Origin: Candidatus Woesebacteria bacterium
GTDB lineage: Bacteria; Patescibacteriota; Microgenomatia; UBA8517
Direction of reading: 5' to 3'
NCBI GenBank assembly: GCA_016432525.1
Contig: CP066693.1
Span: 352,815-416,814 of the forward strand
DNA length: 64,000 bases
A program made the translations under genes and the position numbers. This document shows, piece after piece, positions 18,888 to 28,411 of this stretch. Below the pieces are notes generated by a model. It was not told the DNA's origin. It saw only the letters and a program-made list of their open reading frames with translations, and did not search any database. The first letter of the stretch is position 1. The number at the start of each line of letters is the position of its first letter.

Positions 18888-19557
18888 TTAAGGTCCTCCC
18901 ATCTTTAATCTCAACGATTTTATTTGCCTCACGGGCAATATCAGGCGAATGAGTAATTAATATTATAGTGCGCCCCCCTTTATTTAATTTTTTAAAAATT
19001 TTTATTACTTCCTCTCCTGTTTTACTATCCAAATTTCCTGTAGGCTCATCAGCCAAAATTATTTCGGGATTAGTTACCAATGCTCTTGCAATAGCCACTC
19101 TCTGTTGTTGGCCTCCGGAAAGTTGATTTGGTTTTGAATTTAACTTTTCTAAAAGACCAACTGACTCAAGTGCGCCAGTTGCCAATTCAACTCTCTTTTT
19201 GGCTTTTATTCCACTATAAATTAAAGGCAATATCGTGTTATCTAAAGCACTTGTTCTTCTAAGCAAATTAAAGCTTTGGAACACAAAGCCAATTTTTTGA
19301 TTTCGAATTTGAGCCCTCTTTTCTTCTTTGAGTCTTGAAACATCCAAGCCATCCAAAAAATATTTACCCGTTGTTGGATGATCTAAAAGCCCCAAAATAT
19401 TCATGAGAGTTGATTTTCCTGATCCTGAAGGTCCAACGATTGCCAAAAACTCACCTTTTTTGATATTCAAATTAATATCGTAAAGAGCCTGAAACGGTAC
19501 ACCATCGTCAGATTCAAAAATTTTACTAACCTTTACAAGTTCAACTGAATATTTCAT
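18874..19557 (-). CDS. ABC transporter ATP-binding protein (MacB/LolD type)
   Basis: Walker [10 protein letters not shown], signature [15 protein letters not shown], Walker [12 protein letters not shown]. Confidence 0.85.
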   Translation of the reverse strand: MKYSVELVKVSKIFESDDGVPFQALYDINLNIKKGEFLAIVGPSGSGKSTLMNILGLLDHPTTGKYFLDGLDVSRLKEEKRAQIRNQKIGFVFQSFNLLRRTSALDNTILPLIYSGIKAKKRVELATGALESVGLLEKLNSKPNQLSGGQQQRVAIARALVTNPEIILADEPTGNLDSKTGEEVIKIFKKLNKGGRTIILITHSPDIAREANKIVEIKDGRTLNGYK

Positions 19558-20600
19558 TTGCTAATAGCTTGAGGATTTATGATAACCTGCTCACCTTCGG
19601 AAAGTCCTGAAATAACCTCGACATCAGTATCAGATTTTATTCCAATTTTAATCTCTCTTTTTTCTGTTATTCCAGTGCCTTTATTTACATAAACGTGGCT
19701 ATCATCAATTAAAGCATCTTGTGGAATTATCAAAACATCCTTTTTGGAAGATGTAATAATATCAGCGTTCCCATTCAAACCATATATTTTTGCGATTCGA
19801 CTGTCGCCAACTTCTATTTTTACTATAACAGCAATTGCGCCAGTTGAGCTAGTTTGTGTTTGGGGGTCGATTTCAACAACTTTTCCTGAAAATACTGTAT
19901 CTCCGTAAGCGTTTAATGTAACGTTTGCGCTCTGTCCGATTTGAACTTGTCCGATATCACTTTCGTCAACTGTAGCATCAAAATCCTTTTGACTAAAATC
20001 CACCATCTGTGCAATTAAGTCAGTTGTTGTAATGTTTTGCCCAGGATTTAAACTTGCTTGATTTACAACTACTCCAGAAAATGGGGAATAAATCACTGCA
20101 TTCTGCATATCTCTCTCTGCAGCCAATAAACTCGCCCAGGCGTTGTCGTTTGCCACCTCAGATGCCGTTCTTGTAGCTTTTTGTGAAAATGTTTCATCAC
20201 TGCTATGATCTTTAACCTGATCATGGATATTCTCAACTGCAGCCTGAGTATTTCTTCTGTTGTTTATTGCCGTTTGAAGTGCAGAATTAAGATCAGTGTT
20301 ATCAAGTGCTGCAATTGTCTGTCCCTTTGAAACGTTATCACCTATAGACACTCCTAAATAGTTTAGTTTTCCAGCTATGGCAAAATGAAGCGAAACAGAT
20401 TTTTTTCCATTTAATATTCCAGAAGCACTAACACGAGATTCGATGTTGTTTTTAGAAACAGTAGCATATTGTAAAGGCACTTTTTTAGCCCGTCCTCTTA
20501 GAACAAAAAATAGGGCAATAAGAATAACAATTATTACAATAATTTTATTTCGTCTCCTCGTCCCCTTTAGTCTTTTAAGAAAATTTATTATTATTTCCAT
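19554..20600 (-). CDS. Efflux periplasmic adaptor (HlyD/MacA-like membrane fusion protein)
   Basis: N-terminal TM, coiled-coil region and beta-barrel/lipoyl-like segments. Overlapping-stop operon with the ABC ATPase and permease. Confidence 0.65.
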   Translation of the reverse strand: MEIIINFLKRLKGTRRRNKIIVIIVILIALFFVLRGRAKKVPLQYATVSKNNIESRVSASGILNGKKSVSLHFAIAGKLNYLGVSIGDNVSKGQTIAALDNTDLNSALQTAINNRRNTQAAVENIHDQVKDHSSDETFSQKATRTASEVANDNAWASLLAAERDMQNAVIYSPFSGVVVNQASLNPGQNITTTDLIAQMVDFSQKDFDATVDESDIGQVQIGQSANVTLNAYGDTVFSGKVVEIDPQTQTSSTGAIAVIVKIEVGDSRIAKIYGLNGNADIITSSKKDVLIIPQDALIDDSHVYVNKGTGITEKREIKIGIKSDTDVEVISGLSEGEQVIINPQAISK

Positions 20601-20637
20601 AATTGCAAATCTAGATTTTACTACTTAAAATGCTTTT

Positions 20638-21240
20638 ATGCACGTATTGCCCAATCTTCCTTACGATTATGGCGCTCTAGAGCCTTATATTGATACCCAA
20701 ACCATGGAACTTCATCATAATAAACATCATCAGGCCTATATTGATAATTTAAATAAAGCACTCGAAAAATATCCAGACCTTGCATCTAAAAAAATCGAAA
20801 ATTTACTTCTTTCAGATTTGCCCGAAGATATCAAACAAGCCGTTGTTAATAACGGAGGAGGACACTTTAATCACTCATTTTTTTGGGAGATTATGTCACC
20901 CAAACCTGAAAATCCCAAAGGTCCATTTCTTGAAGCTTTAAATTCAACCTTTGGAAGTTTAGAAAAATTTAAAGACGCATTTACTCAAAAAGCCATGAGT
21001 ATCTTCGGAAGCGGTTGGGCCTGGCTTCTAGTAACTCCCAAAAAAAAGCTAATTCTCAAAAGACACTCGTTTCAAAATCCTCCAATAGTGAATGGCAATA
21101 AACCGATTCTAGGTCTAGATGTTTGGGAACACGCTTATTACTTAAAATATCAAAACAAGCGTGCTGATTATATAAAGGCATGGTGGAATGTAGTCAACTG
21201 GCCCAAGGTCCAAAAAAACTTCAACCTAGCCTCAAAATGA
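20638..21240 (+). CDS. sodA: Fe/Mn superoxide dismutase
   Basis: HHNKHHQAYIDNLN and DVWEHAYY metal-ligand motifs. Confidence 0.9.
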   Translation: MHVLPNLPYDYGALEPYIDTQTMELHHNKHHQAYIDNLNKALEKYPDLASKKIENLLLSDLPEDIKQAVVNNGGGHFNHSFFWEIMSPKPENPKGPFLEALNSTFGSLEKFKDAFTQKAMSIFGSGWAWLLVTPKKKLILKRHSFQNPPIVNGNKPILGLDVWEHAYYLKYQNKRADYIKAWWNVVNWPKVQKNFNLASK

Positions 21241-21926
21241 TTCTTCTTGTTGATAAATCCAAAGGCATGACTTCCCACGATGTAGTAAATCAAATTCGAA
21301 AAATAACAGGTGAGCGTCGCGTTGGTCATGCAGGAACTCTTGATCCCAATGCAACTGGACTATTAATTGTTGCAGTAGGCCGAGTTGATACCAAAAAATT
21401 GGGAGAAATAACAAAATTTACTCAGAAAGAATACCTCGCGGAAATATTTTTAGGCGAAGAAAGAGATACCGACGACATCGAAGGAAAAATAACATTCAAA
21501 AATGATCAAATTATTCCAGCAATAAATAAAATTAACAAAGTAATTAAGAAATTTTCAGGTGAAATTGAACAAATTCCTCCATCATATTCTGCCATTAAAC
21601 TAAAAGGATCAAAATCATATGAACTGGCGCGAGCAGGCAAAAAATCAGAACTAACTCCTAGAAAAGTAACTATCTTTAAATCTGAATTAATAGAATATGA
21701 ATATCCTATTTTAAAAATAAAATTTACAGTTTCTTCAGGAACTTATATTCGCGCTCTGGCCCGCGATATGGGTCGCGCTCTTGGCTGTGGAGCTTATCTT
21801 AAAAATTTAAGAAGAACTAAAATAGGTGATTACGATATTAAAAAATCTTTGGCAATAGAACAGCTATTCCAATTGCAATCGCAAAAATTGCAGAAATTAA
21901 AACAGCAGCAGCAGAAACATCCTTAG
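21237..21926 (+). CDS. truB: tRNA pseudouridine(55) synthase
   Basis: MTSHDVVNQIRKI...GHAGTLDPNATGLLIV catalytic Asp motif. ATG overlaps the sodA stop (ATGA). The Q-rich C-terminal tail overlaps dgkA. Confidence 0.8.
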   Translation: MILLVDKSKGMTSHDVVNQIRKITGERRVGHAGTLDPNATGLLIVAVGRVDTKKLGEITKFTQKEYLAEIFLGEERDTDDIEGKITFKNDQIIPAINKINKVIKKFSGEIEQIPPSYSAIKLKGSKSYELARAGKKSELTPRKVTIFKSELIEYEYPILKIKFTVSSGTYIRALARDMGRALGCGAYLKNLRRTKIGDYDIKKSLAIEQLFQLQSQKLQKLKQQQQKHP

Positions 21927-22194
21927 CAATTTTTGCTTTCTCATGAAATTCAGGTGAAACTATATCGACAATCGCCTCAATTGCTGTATTAAAAAGCTCC
22001 ATTGTAAGAACAAAAGCCCCAGTTATAAGAAGAGAAAACCATTCAAAACTGGTAAGGTTTAAAAAAAGACTAATAAACAAAACTGAAAGTAGGATAGACA
22101 AATGAATTCTAAAATTTGGTTCTTTCTTTATAGCAATTTTAACTCCTTCAATTGCGAATCTAAAACTGCCTGTTAAATTTACATTTCTGCTCAT
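21838..22194 (-). CDS. dgkA: Diacylglycerol kinase (prokaryotic DgkA family)
   Basis: Three-TM 118-aa protein with ELFNTAIEAIVD motif. Confidence 0.7.
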   Translation of the reverse strand: MSRNVNLTGSFRFAIEGVKIAIKKEPNFRIHLSILLSVLFISLFLNLTSFEWFSLLITGAFVLTMELFNTAIEAIVDIVSPEFHEKAKIAKDVSAAAVLISAIFAIAIGIAVLLPKIF

Positions 22195-22249
22195 AAGTAT
22201 AGTTTACTACAGATTTCTTACTATAAATCAATATGCTAAAGTAAGGAAA

Positions 22250-22924
22250 ATGACAAAATTTGCTGCCTTTTCAGTTAGTTTGTTTGCTTTTCTGCTTGTG
22301 ACGGTTGCTCTCTTACAAAAAACCAAAGTAAATAATCTCCATACAGCCTGCATGCCACAAAATTTTGCAGGTAATTATGATTCATCTAAAAACTTAGCTT
22401 TATATCAAGGCTATAACATCAAAATTCCAAAACTTTCAGATTTTGCCCAAAACAAAGAAGACACTCAAGTATTGGCAGATGTATCACCTTCAGAAAAATG
22501 GATAGAAATTTCCCTTTCAGATCAAAAATTAAGAGCCTGGAATGGTCAAAATCTCTATCTCGAAGAAAAAATCTCAACAGGGGGCGCAAACTCTCCAACT
22601 CCAAAAGGTGAATTCCATATCTGGTCTAAACTTGCCTATTCTGAAATTAAAGGCGGAATTGGATCAGGTTCATATGATCTTCCCAATGTACCATTTGCAA
22701 TGTTTTTTGAAGGAGGCGGAATTCCTTCTTGGAAAGGATATGCCATAAACGGATCTTACTGGCTAAAGGAATTTGGGCTTGCGCAGGGAAATGGCTGCGT
22801 AAATATTCCAGTTTCTGTCGCACAAAAACTTTTTTATTGGGCAAACCCAAGTCTTTCACAAGGCCAAACATTTGTTAGAGCATCGGTTGATAACCCCGGA
22901 ACTCGAGTAATAATCCGCGATTAA
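22250..22924 (+). CDS. L,D-transpeptidase (YkuD domain) lipoprotein/secreted
   Basis: Signal peptide. Catalytic block GNGCVNIP (Cys of the YkuD motif). Confidence 0.65.
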   Translation: MTKFAAFSVSLFAFLLVTVALLQKTKVNNLHTACMPQNFAGNYDSSKNLALYQGYNIKIPKLSDFAQNKEDTQVLADVSPSEKWIEISLSDQKLRAWNGQNLYLEEKISTGGANSPTPKGEFHIWSKLAYSEIKGGIGSGSYDLPNVPFAMFFEGGGIPSWKGYAINGSYWLKEFGLAQGNGCVNIPVSVAQKLFYWANPSLSQGQTFVRASVDNPGTRVIIRD

Positions 22925-22973
22925 TTCTTGACATTATAGCACTCATTTTGATAGACTGCTAAATATTAGCGAT

Positions 22974-25385
22974 ATGTCAAACGAAACAGAAATAACAAGA
23001 ACAGTTCCTATCATTGCAGTTCGAGGTTCCGTTATTTTTCCTCATTCTGATTCTATTTTGAGCTTTGGTAGACAGAAATCAGTCGCGGCAGTAAACGCTG
23101 CTTTCCAAGAAGATCGAGTTGTTGCAATTTTTGCTCAAAGAGATTCAAACAAATCCGAGCCCACTCTCGACGATCTTTATCCAATTGGAACAATTGCAAC
23201 AATTACTCAAATGATGGCAACAGAAGGCGAAGTCCATGCAATGGTAAGAGGCCAAAAAAGAATAGTTCTAATAGAACACTTAAGAGAAGAGCCATATCTA
23301 ATAGGAAAAGTCAAAGAAATTGAAGAAGTTGATTCAGAAGATGAAGAAGTTAAAGCTTTATCAAACAAATTAACAGAACTTTTCAAAAAAGCAATAAATT
23401 TAGGAAAATCAGCTGAAATTACAACTGTCATGAAGATAGTTTCAGGTGAAGCAAACACTTTGGAGCTCGTCGACTCAATTGCTTCAACATTAAACATAAA
23501 AACAGAAGAAAAACAAGCTCTTTTGTCAACCACTTCAGTAAAAGAAAGGCTAGATAAAGTAATAGACCATCTAAATCGAGAAGTAAATCTTTTAGATCTC
23601 GAACGTATGATCTCAGTCAAAACTCAAAAAAGATTTGAAGAACAAATGAAAAAAGCAATGCTTCGTGAGAAAAAACGAACAATCGAAGCAGAGCTTGGTG
23701 AAAATGAAGATAGCTCTCTTTCAGATGATGAAATATCAGAATATAAGAAAAAAATTAAAGCTGCCTTAATGCCAAAAAGTGTCAAAGATAAAGCAAAAAA
23801 AGAATTGAAACGTTTAAGCCAAATGTCTCCCCATAATCCAGAAGGTGGATATATCAGAAACTATCTTGATTGGTTAGTCGATATGCCATGGAGCAAAGTT
23901 AGCCCTAATAATGTTTCCATCAAAAACGCAGAAAAAGTATTAGAACATGACCATTACGGTATAGAAAAAGCAAAAGAAAGAATTCTAGAATTTTTAGCAG
24001 TAATGAAACTAAAAAAGAAAGGAAATAGCGAGTCTCAGCCAACAATTCTATGTTTTATTGGCCCTCCAGGGGTTGGTAAAACTTCAATTGGAAAATCAAT
24101 TGCAAGATCATTGGGTCGTAAATTTGTAAGAGTCTCCTTAGGTGGAATTCGTGATGAGGCAGAAATTCGAGGACATAGAAGAACTTATGTTGGAGCTCTT
24201 CCTGGTCGGATTATCCAAGGAATTAAAAATGCTGGCACTAAAAATCCTGTCTTTATGCTTGACGAAATCGACAAACTTGGGTCAGACTTTAGAGGAGATC
24301 CATCATCAGCCCTTTTAGAAGCCCTAGATCCAGAACAAAACAAAGAATTTTCAGATCATTATCTCGAAGTACCGTTTGATTTATCTGAAGTTATGTTTAT
24401 CGCAACAGGAAACGTTTTGGAAGATATTCCTCATGCCTTAAGAGATAGAATGGAAGTTATAAAGTTTGCAGGCTACACTCAAGATGAAAAATTCCATATA
24501 GGACGCGAATTTCTTTGGAAAAAACAGCTTAAACTTCACGGAATTGAAAATAAAAAAATAAAATTAACAGATAAATCAACAAAAGAAATTATAGATAAAT
24601 ACACTCGTGAAGCTGGAGTAAGAAACCTGGAAAGAGCTTTTGCAAGTATAAATAGAAAAATAGCTCGCTTAATTGCAGAAAATAAAAAATTCCCTAAAGA
24701 AATTAAAGTTAGTGACGTTCGAAAATTCTTAGGACCAAGAAAATTCAGTTCTTTAATTGCAGAGAAAAAAGATGAAGTTGGAATGGTTACAGGCCTTTCC
24801 GTAACTGGAGCTGGAGGAGAAATTCTTTTTATAGAAGTTGCTCTCATGCCAGGAAAAGGAAAGCTTACTTTAACAGGCCAGCTAGGTGATGTTATGAAAG
24901 AGTCCGCAAAAGCTGCCTTCACTTGGGCAAAGTCTCATTGGCAAGAGCTCGGCATAGATAAAGATTTTGCCTATAAAACTGATGTCCATATCCATGTTCC
25001 AGAAGGAGCAGTTCCAAAAGACGGCCCTTCAGCTGGAGTTGCCATGACTGTTGCCTTAGTTTCAGCCATAACCGGAATTCCTGTTAAAAAAGATGTAGGA
25101 ATGACAGGCGAGGTAACTCTAAGAGGAAAAGTTTGGGAAATAGGGGGAGTTAAAGAAAAAGTAATAGCTGGAGCTCTAGCCGGATTAAAAACAATAATTT
25201 TGCCAAAAGATAACAAAAAAGATTTAGAAGAAGTGCCAAATGAAGTTAAAAAACAAGTTAAATTTGTATTCGCAACAAAAGTTACCGATGCTCTTTCAGA
25301 AGCATTGACTGTCTGGCCTCCTAAAATTAAGCTTCAAGAGCGAAAACGCAAAATTGAAAACCCCGAATATTTAGCCGCAAATTAA
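22974..25385 (+). CDS. lon: ATP-dependent Lon protease
   Basis: LON N-domain, AAA+ Walker A GPPGVGKTS, Walker B VFMLDEID, protease Ser motif KDGPSAG. Confidence 0.95.
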   Translation: MSNETEITRTVPIIAVRGSVIFPHSDSILSFGRQKSVAAVNAAFQEDRVVAIFAQRDSNKSEPTLDDLYPIGTIATITQMMATEGEVHAMVRGQKRIVLIEHLREEPYLIGKVKEIEEVDSEDEEVKALSNKLTELFKKAINLGKSAEITTVMKIVSGEANTLELVDSIASTLNIKTEEKQALLSTTSVKERLDKVIDHLNREVNLLDLERMISVKTQKRFEEQMKKAMLREKKRTIEAELGENEDSSLSDDEISEYKKKIKAALMPKSVKDKAKKELKRLSQMSPHNPEGGYIRNYLDWLVDMPWSKVSPNNVSIKNAEKVLEHDHYGIEKAKERILEFLAVMKLKKKGNSESQPTILCFIGPPGVGKTSIGKSIARSLGRKFVRVSLGGIRDEAEIRGHRRTYVGALPGRIIQGIKNAGTKNPVFMLDEIDKLGSDFRGDPSSALLEALDPEQNKEFSDHYLEVPFDLSEVMFIATGNVLEDIPHALRDRMEVIKFAGYTQDEKFHIGREFLWKKQLKLHGIENKKIKLTDKSTKEIIDKYTREAGVRNLERAFASINRKIARLIAENKKFPKEIKVSDVRKFLGPRKFSSLIAEKKDEVGMVTGLSVTGAGGEILFIEVALMPGKGKLTLTGQLGDVMKESAKAAFTWAKSHWQELGIDKDFAYKTDVHIHVPEGAVPKDGPSAGVAMTVALVSAITGIPVKKDVGMTGEVTLRGKVWEIGGVKEKVIAGALAGLKTIILPKDNKKDLEEVPNEVKKQVKFVFATKVTDALSEALTVWPPKIKLQERKRKIENPEYLAAN

Positions 25386-25388
25386 TCT

Positions 25389-25436
25389 TCTCGGGCAAAA
25401 TCGCAGCTTTTTTCAAAACTTTGATCTCACCCGAGA
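25389..25436. terminator. Possible bidirectional terminator between convergent lon and the nucleosidase-BMP gene
   Basis: TCTCGGG...CCCGAGA is a 7-bp inverted repeat with internal T-run. Confidence 0.3.
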
Positions 25437-25445
25437 CTAACTAAC

Positions 25446-27506
25446 CTATTTACTTGCTTCAGAAGCGCCGATCATGCCCTGCAAAAGTTCAGGCATGTAC
25501 CAGATCTGCTGATCGGTCGCAACCTCGCCATTCGTGAGAAAAACTTTGCCGCTCTGATAGTTCAGAGGACCAGTGAACAGGTTGACCTTACCATTACCCA
25601 TATCATTAACAAAACCTACCAAAGTGACCTTCTGGTCAGCCGTCAGGGCCGGACCGTAGGCAAAACCCACATTGGACTCATCGGGATCATTGATATTCGA
25701 CCATTTAGGTCCGTTCCAATCCCAGTTAGAGTGCCAAACGCCAGCTCTAAACTCCGCAATAGCCTTAACATAGGCAGGTCCCCAGTTAAAGTACGGTACT
25801 CCCAGGCACGCACCAGCTCCTAGATCACAGGCTCCTTGATAGTCATACGGCACAGCGAAAATTTTCTCGCCCCTGTCGACACGCTGCTTGGTGACAACTA
25901 TCGCTTCAGGTGTGTCGATACCTGACATGACTACATCAGTGCCATTGTCAAAAAAGCCGTTAGCAACTTCAGTCGGGTTCAAGGTGACTCCTGGAATGTT
26001 GAACCAGAAGCCAATCCATTTTACTTCGAACCGAAGAGAGTTGGGATCACCCCCTCTGTACTTTTGAAAACAGTAGCGTACGCCAAGGTAAGCAGCTGAA
26101 GCCAACCGTCGTGTTTCATCGTTGACGAGAGGTCCAAGATAGCCAATTTTATTGGTCTTGGTTGCCAATGCGGCAGCGCATCCACCAACCATCTTCATAT
26201 ATTCCATGCGGCCCATGAAATTCCCGAGATTCTTAGGCACATCGCCTTTCAGGACAGCATCACCAGAAACGTTGATGAACGTGATATCTGGATATTTTTT
26301 TGCAACGACCGTTGTATCAGCCTGGAAAGCATCAGAGGTGGTGATGATCAGTTTAGCTCCTTCTGTCACCATGTCTTGGACCACCTGATCTAGGGTAGTA
26401 TTAGGTCGGTCTGCCGAATTGAGTTTATCCAAGGTGACATTCTTCACGCCAGGAATCTTGCTTTCAGCATAGAGAACTGCACGAAAATGTGCTTCGCTCC
26501 ACCCTTTGTCTTCCTGTGGCCCAACCAAAATAATCCCAACTGTGGTTGTCTTTGAGCTGTCTGAGTATTCCACCCAACGTTTCAAAGTCGCAAGAAAGAC
26601 CTTGGCTGCATTATCAGCGGCAAGTTGGAAAAACGTCCCTATCTCATTTGCTCCTGGCCCTCCGCCTGCTAGATCCGAAAGAGACCTGAAGATGAGAAAT
26701 GGAACCTGGTTAACATAGGCAACATGCGCAACAGCACTGGATTCCATATCCAAGCTATCAGCTTGCCATGTTTTCCATGCCCACTCTCTAAAAGCTGCGT
26801 TGTCAACGAATGTCTGTCCCGCAACTCCATTTCCGCCGACTTTTACAATAGGCTTACTTTGAAGGCACGTTTTCTTCTGTCCACGTTCAACACAATCAGC
26901 CAGTGTAACATCAGCAGTAGCTGCCTTTGCAACAGCAAGCATCTGTGGATCAGTCTGGAACCAGTAAATGCTCTCACTTGTATCTACAGGAACGCGACTG
27001 CTCGTTACTGAAATAGGTTGTGGAAACATGAAATTGAAATTTGGAAGAGTTGCGTCTACGCCCGAGTAATTTCCAGGCGTGTCCTCGCGGGCAAAATGCA
27101 TCTCCTGATACTGCGCCCATTGCGATGGTATAACAACATCACCGATGTTTAAATTCGGATTCACACCTCCTGCGATTCCTGAAAAGAAAATCCGTTCGAT
27201 GTTGAAAAGATCCAGAGCAACTTGCGTTGTCATCGCGGCATTCACCATAGATACACCTGAAAGGTAAGCCACAACAGGCTTCCCATACAGCGTACCTTTA
27301 GTAAACGTTCTACCGTTAACAACAACTGCACATTCTACTCGAACCTCCTTCAACCAGAGAGTAAGCTCCGATCCAAAGGCCGACTCCAGTGCAATGCGTT
27401 GCACTTTGTCGGGTTGGCAAGCTGTTTGGCCTGCTGCCTGTGACGTGGTCACAAGTCCCAACATTACTACAACAACCACAAAAAGTGAAAACCATCTACG
27501 AGCCAT
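25446..27506 (-). CDS. Secreted fusion protein: MTA/SAH-nucleosidase-like (PNP_UDP_1) domain + BMP/PnrA-family nucleoside-binding domain
   Basis: Likely start at ATG 27506 (GGAGG SD; MARRWFSLF signal peptide); the track ORF begins 12 nt upstream. N-terminal domain: FSGIAGG, GDVVIPSQ, LDMESSAVAHVAYVNQVPFLIFRSLSDLAGG (compare MtnN VEMEATAIAHV...RAISD). C-terminal domain: KKYPDITFINVSGD, KIGYLGP, GTDVVMSGIDTP, typical of BMP family ABC substrate-binding lipoproteins. About 50% G+C by eye. Confidence 0.7.
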   Translation of the reverse strand: MARRWFSLFVVVVVMLGLVTTSQAAGQTACQPDKVQRIALESAFGSELTLWLKEVRVECAVVVNGRTFTKGTLYGKPVVAYLSGVSMVNAAMTTQVALDLFNIERIFFSGIAGGVNPNLNIGDVVIPSQWAQYQEMHFAREDTPGNYSGVDATLPNFNFMFPQPISVTSSRVPVDTSESIYWFQTDPQMLAVAKAATADVTLADCVERGQKKTCLQSKPIVKVGGNGVAGQTFVDNAAFREWAWKTWQADSLDMESSAVAHVAYVNQVPFLIFRSLSDLAGGGPGANEIGTFFQLAADNAAKVFLATLKRWVEYSDSSKTTTVGIILVGPQEDKGWSEAHFRAVLYAESKIPGVKNVTLDKLNSADRPNTTLDQVVQDMVTEGAKLIITTSDAFQADTTVVAKKYPDITFINVSGDAVLKGDVPKNLGNFMGRMEYMKMVGGCAAALATKTNKIGYLGPLVNDETRRLASAAYLGVRYCFQKYRGGDPNSLRFEVKWIGFWFNIPGVTLNPTEVANGFFDNGTDVVMSGIDTPEAIVVTKQRVDRGEKIFAVPYDYQGACDLGAGACLGVPYFNWGPAYVKAIAEFRAGVWHSNWDWNGPKWSNINDPDESNVGFAYGPALTADQKVTLVGFVNDMGNGKVNLFTGPLNYQSGKVFLTNGEVATDQQIWYMPELLQGMIGASEASK

Positions 27507-27631
27507 ACAAACCTCCATACTGCCGTTTATCCAACCATTGGATATTTGCTAGACAGCAGTATTTTGGGTATAAAACCTTACGCCCAAAAGACTGCTGTCT
27601 AAAGGTACTTTATTTGTTAAAGAGCACAAAA

Positions 27632-27654
27632 AAACTCGCAGATAATGCGAGTTA
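27632..27654 (-). terminator. Rho-independent terminator after the phosphoribosyltransferase gene
   Basis: AACTCGCA-GATAA-TGCGAGTT hairpin followed by TTTTTTT on the minus strand. Confidence 0.55.
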
Positions 27655-27762
27655 AATAAATCCAATTATTTGGCAATTGATCTTTAAATTCATATATTTT
27701 TCTCTAAGATCTAAAAGAGATTATAGATGTTACCTACAGGATAAAAACTAAAAACAATTATG

Positions 27763-28311
27763 TCAACTCCTAAAAATAGGAAGCTCACCTAAATACGTCA
27801 AATTTTTGATTTCATCAAACTGTTCTCCTTGCTTTAAAGCAGCAAAATAGGTAATAACTTTTGCATCAAGTTTTTTCATCAAATACGCAATCATGCGCAT
27901 TGTAACTCCGGTCGAGATTACATCATCAATTACAACTATTTTTTTATTTTTAAGAAGCTTTGAGTCAGACCCATTAAGTACAAGTGGTTTGATATGTTTT
28001 GGAAAATGAGAAAGAGGCTCAAGTTTAACTGGCGAAATCATATAAGGTTTAATACTTTTGCGGCATATAACAAATCTTTTATGACCCAATCTTTTAGCAA
28101 CTCCATGTATTAGTGGTAACACTTTTACTTCAGGGCCAACCAGATAATCAAACTTAATTTTCTTAAGTCTTTTTGCAATTTCATCTGCAAGGCAATCGGT
28201 GAGTTCTACGTCTCCCAAAATTGAGAAACTAGCAATTCTAGTATTCTTCCCAACACGAATAAGAGGAAGCTTTCTACTTAAACCACATATTTTTAGATCA
28301 AAATATTCCAC
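27763..28311 (-). CDS. Phosphoribosyltransferase (PRTase type I) family protein
   Basis: PRPP-binding motif KKIVVIDDVISTGVTM. Probable GTG start at 28311 (KVEYFDLKI...). The track ORF's extension to 28374 runs through the tRNA-Glu gene and is not credible. Confidence 0.65.
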   Translation of the reverse strand: MEYFDLKICGLSRKLPLIRVGKNTRIASFSILGDVELTDCLADEIAKRLKKIKFDYLVGPEVKVLPLIHGVAKRLGHKRFVICRKSIKPYMISPVKLEPLSHFPKHIKPLVLNGSDSKLLKNKKIVVIDDVISTGVTMRMIAYLMKKLDAKVITYFAALKQGEQFDEIKNLTYLGELPIFRS

Positions 28312-28335
28312 TTTTTGATATAATATAAAAAATTT

Positions 28336-28411
28336 GGCCCCATCGTCTAGTGGTCTAGGACGCCAGGTTCTCATCCTGGTAACCTGGGTTCGACTCCCAG
28401 TGGGGTCACCA
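28336..28411 (+). tRNA. tRNA-Glu (anticodon CUC), CCA encoded
   Basis: GGCCCCATCGTCTAGTGGTCTAGGACGCCAGGTTCTCATCCTGGTAACCTGGGTTCGACTCCCAGTGGGGTCACCA. 7-bp acceptor, D-loop AGTGGTCTA, anticodon loop UUCUCAU, T-loop TTCGACT. Confidence 0.8.

Noticed and set aside
22419-22871. Three short ORFs overlapping the L,D-transpeptidase gene
   Set aside because: They are nested or antisense frames within a gene that carries the YkuD catalytic motif.
27763-28374. Track ORF for the PRTase extending to 28374 through the tRNA-Glu 5' half
   Set aside because: The extension (MRTWRPRPLDDGAKFFILYQ) is antisense to a well-folded tRNA. A GTG at 28311 precedes the conserved PRTase body, so the extension is not coding.
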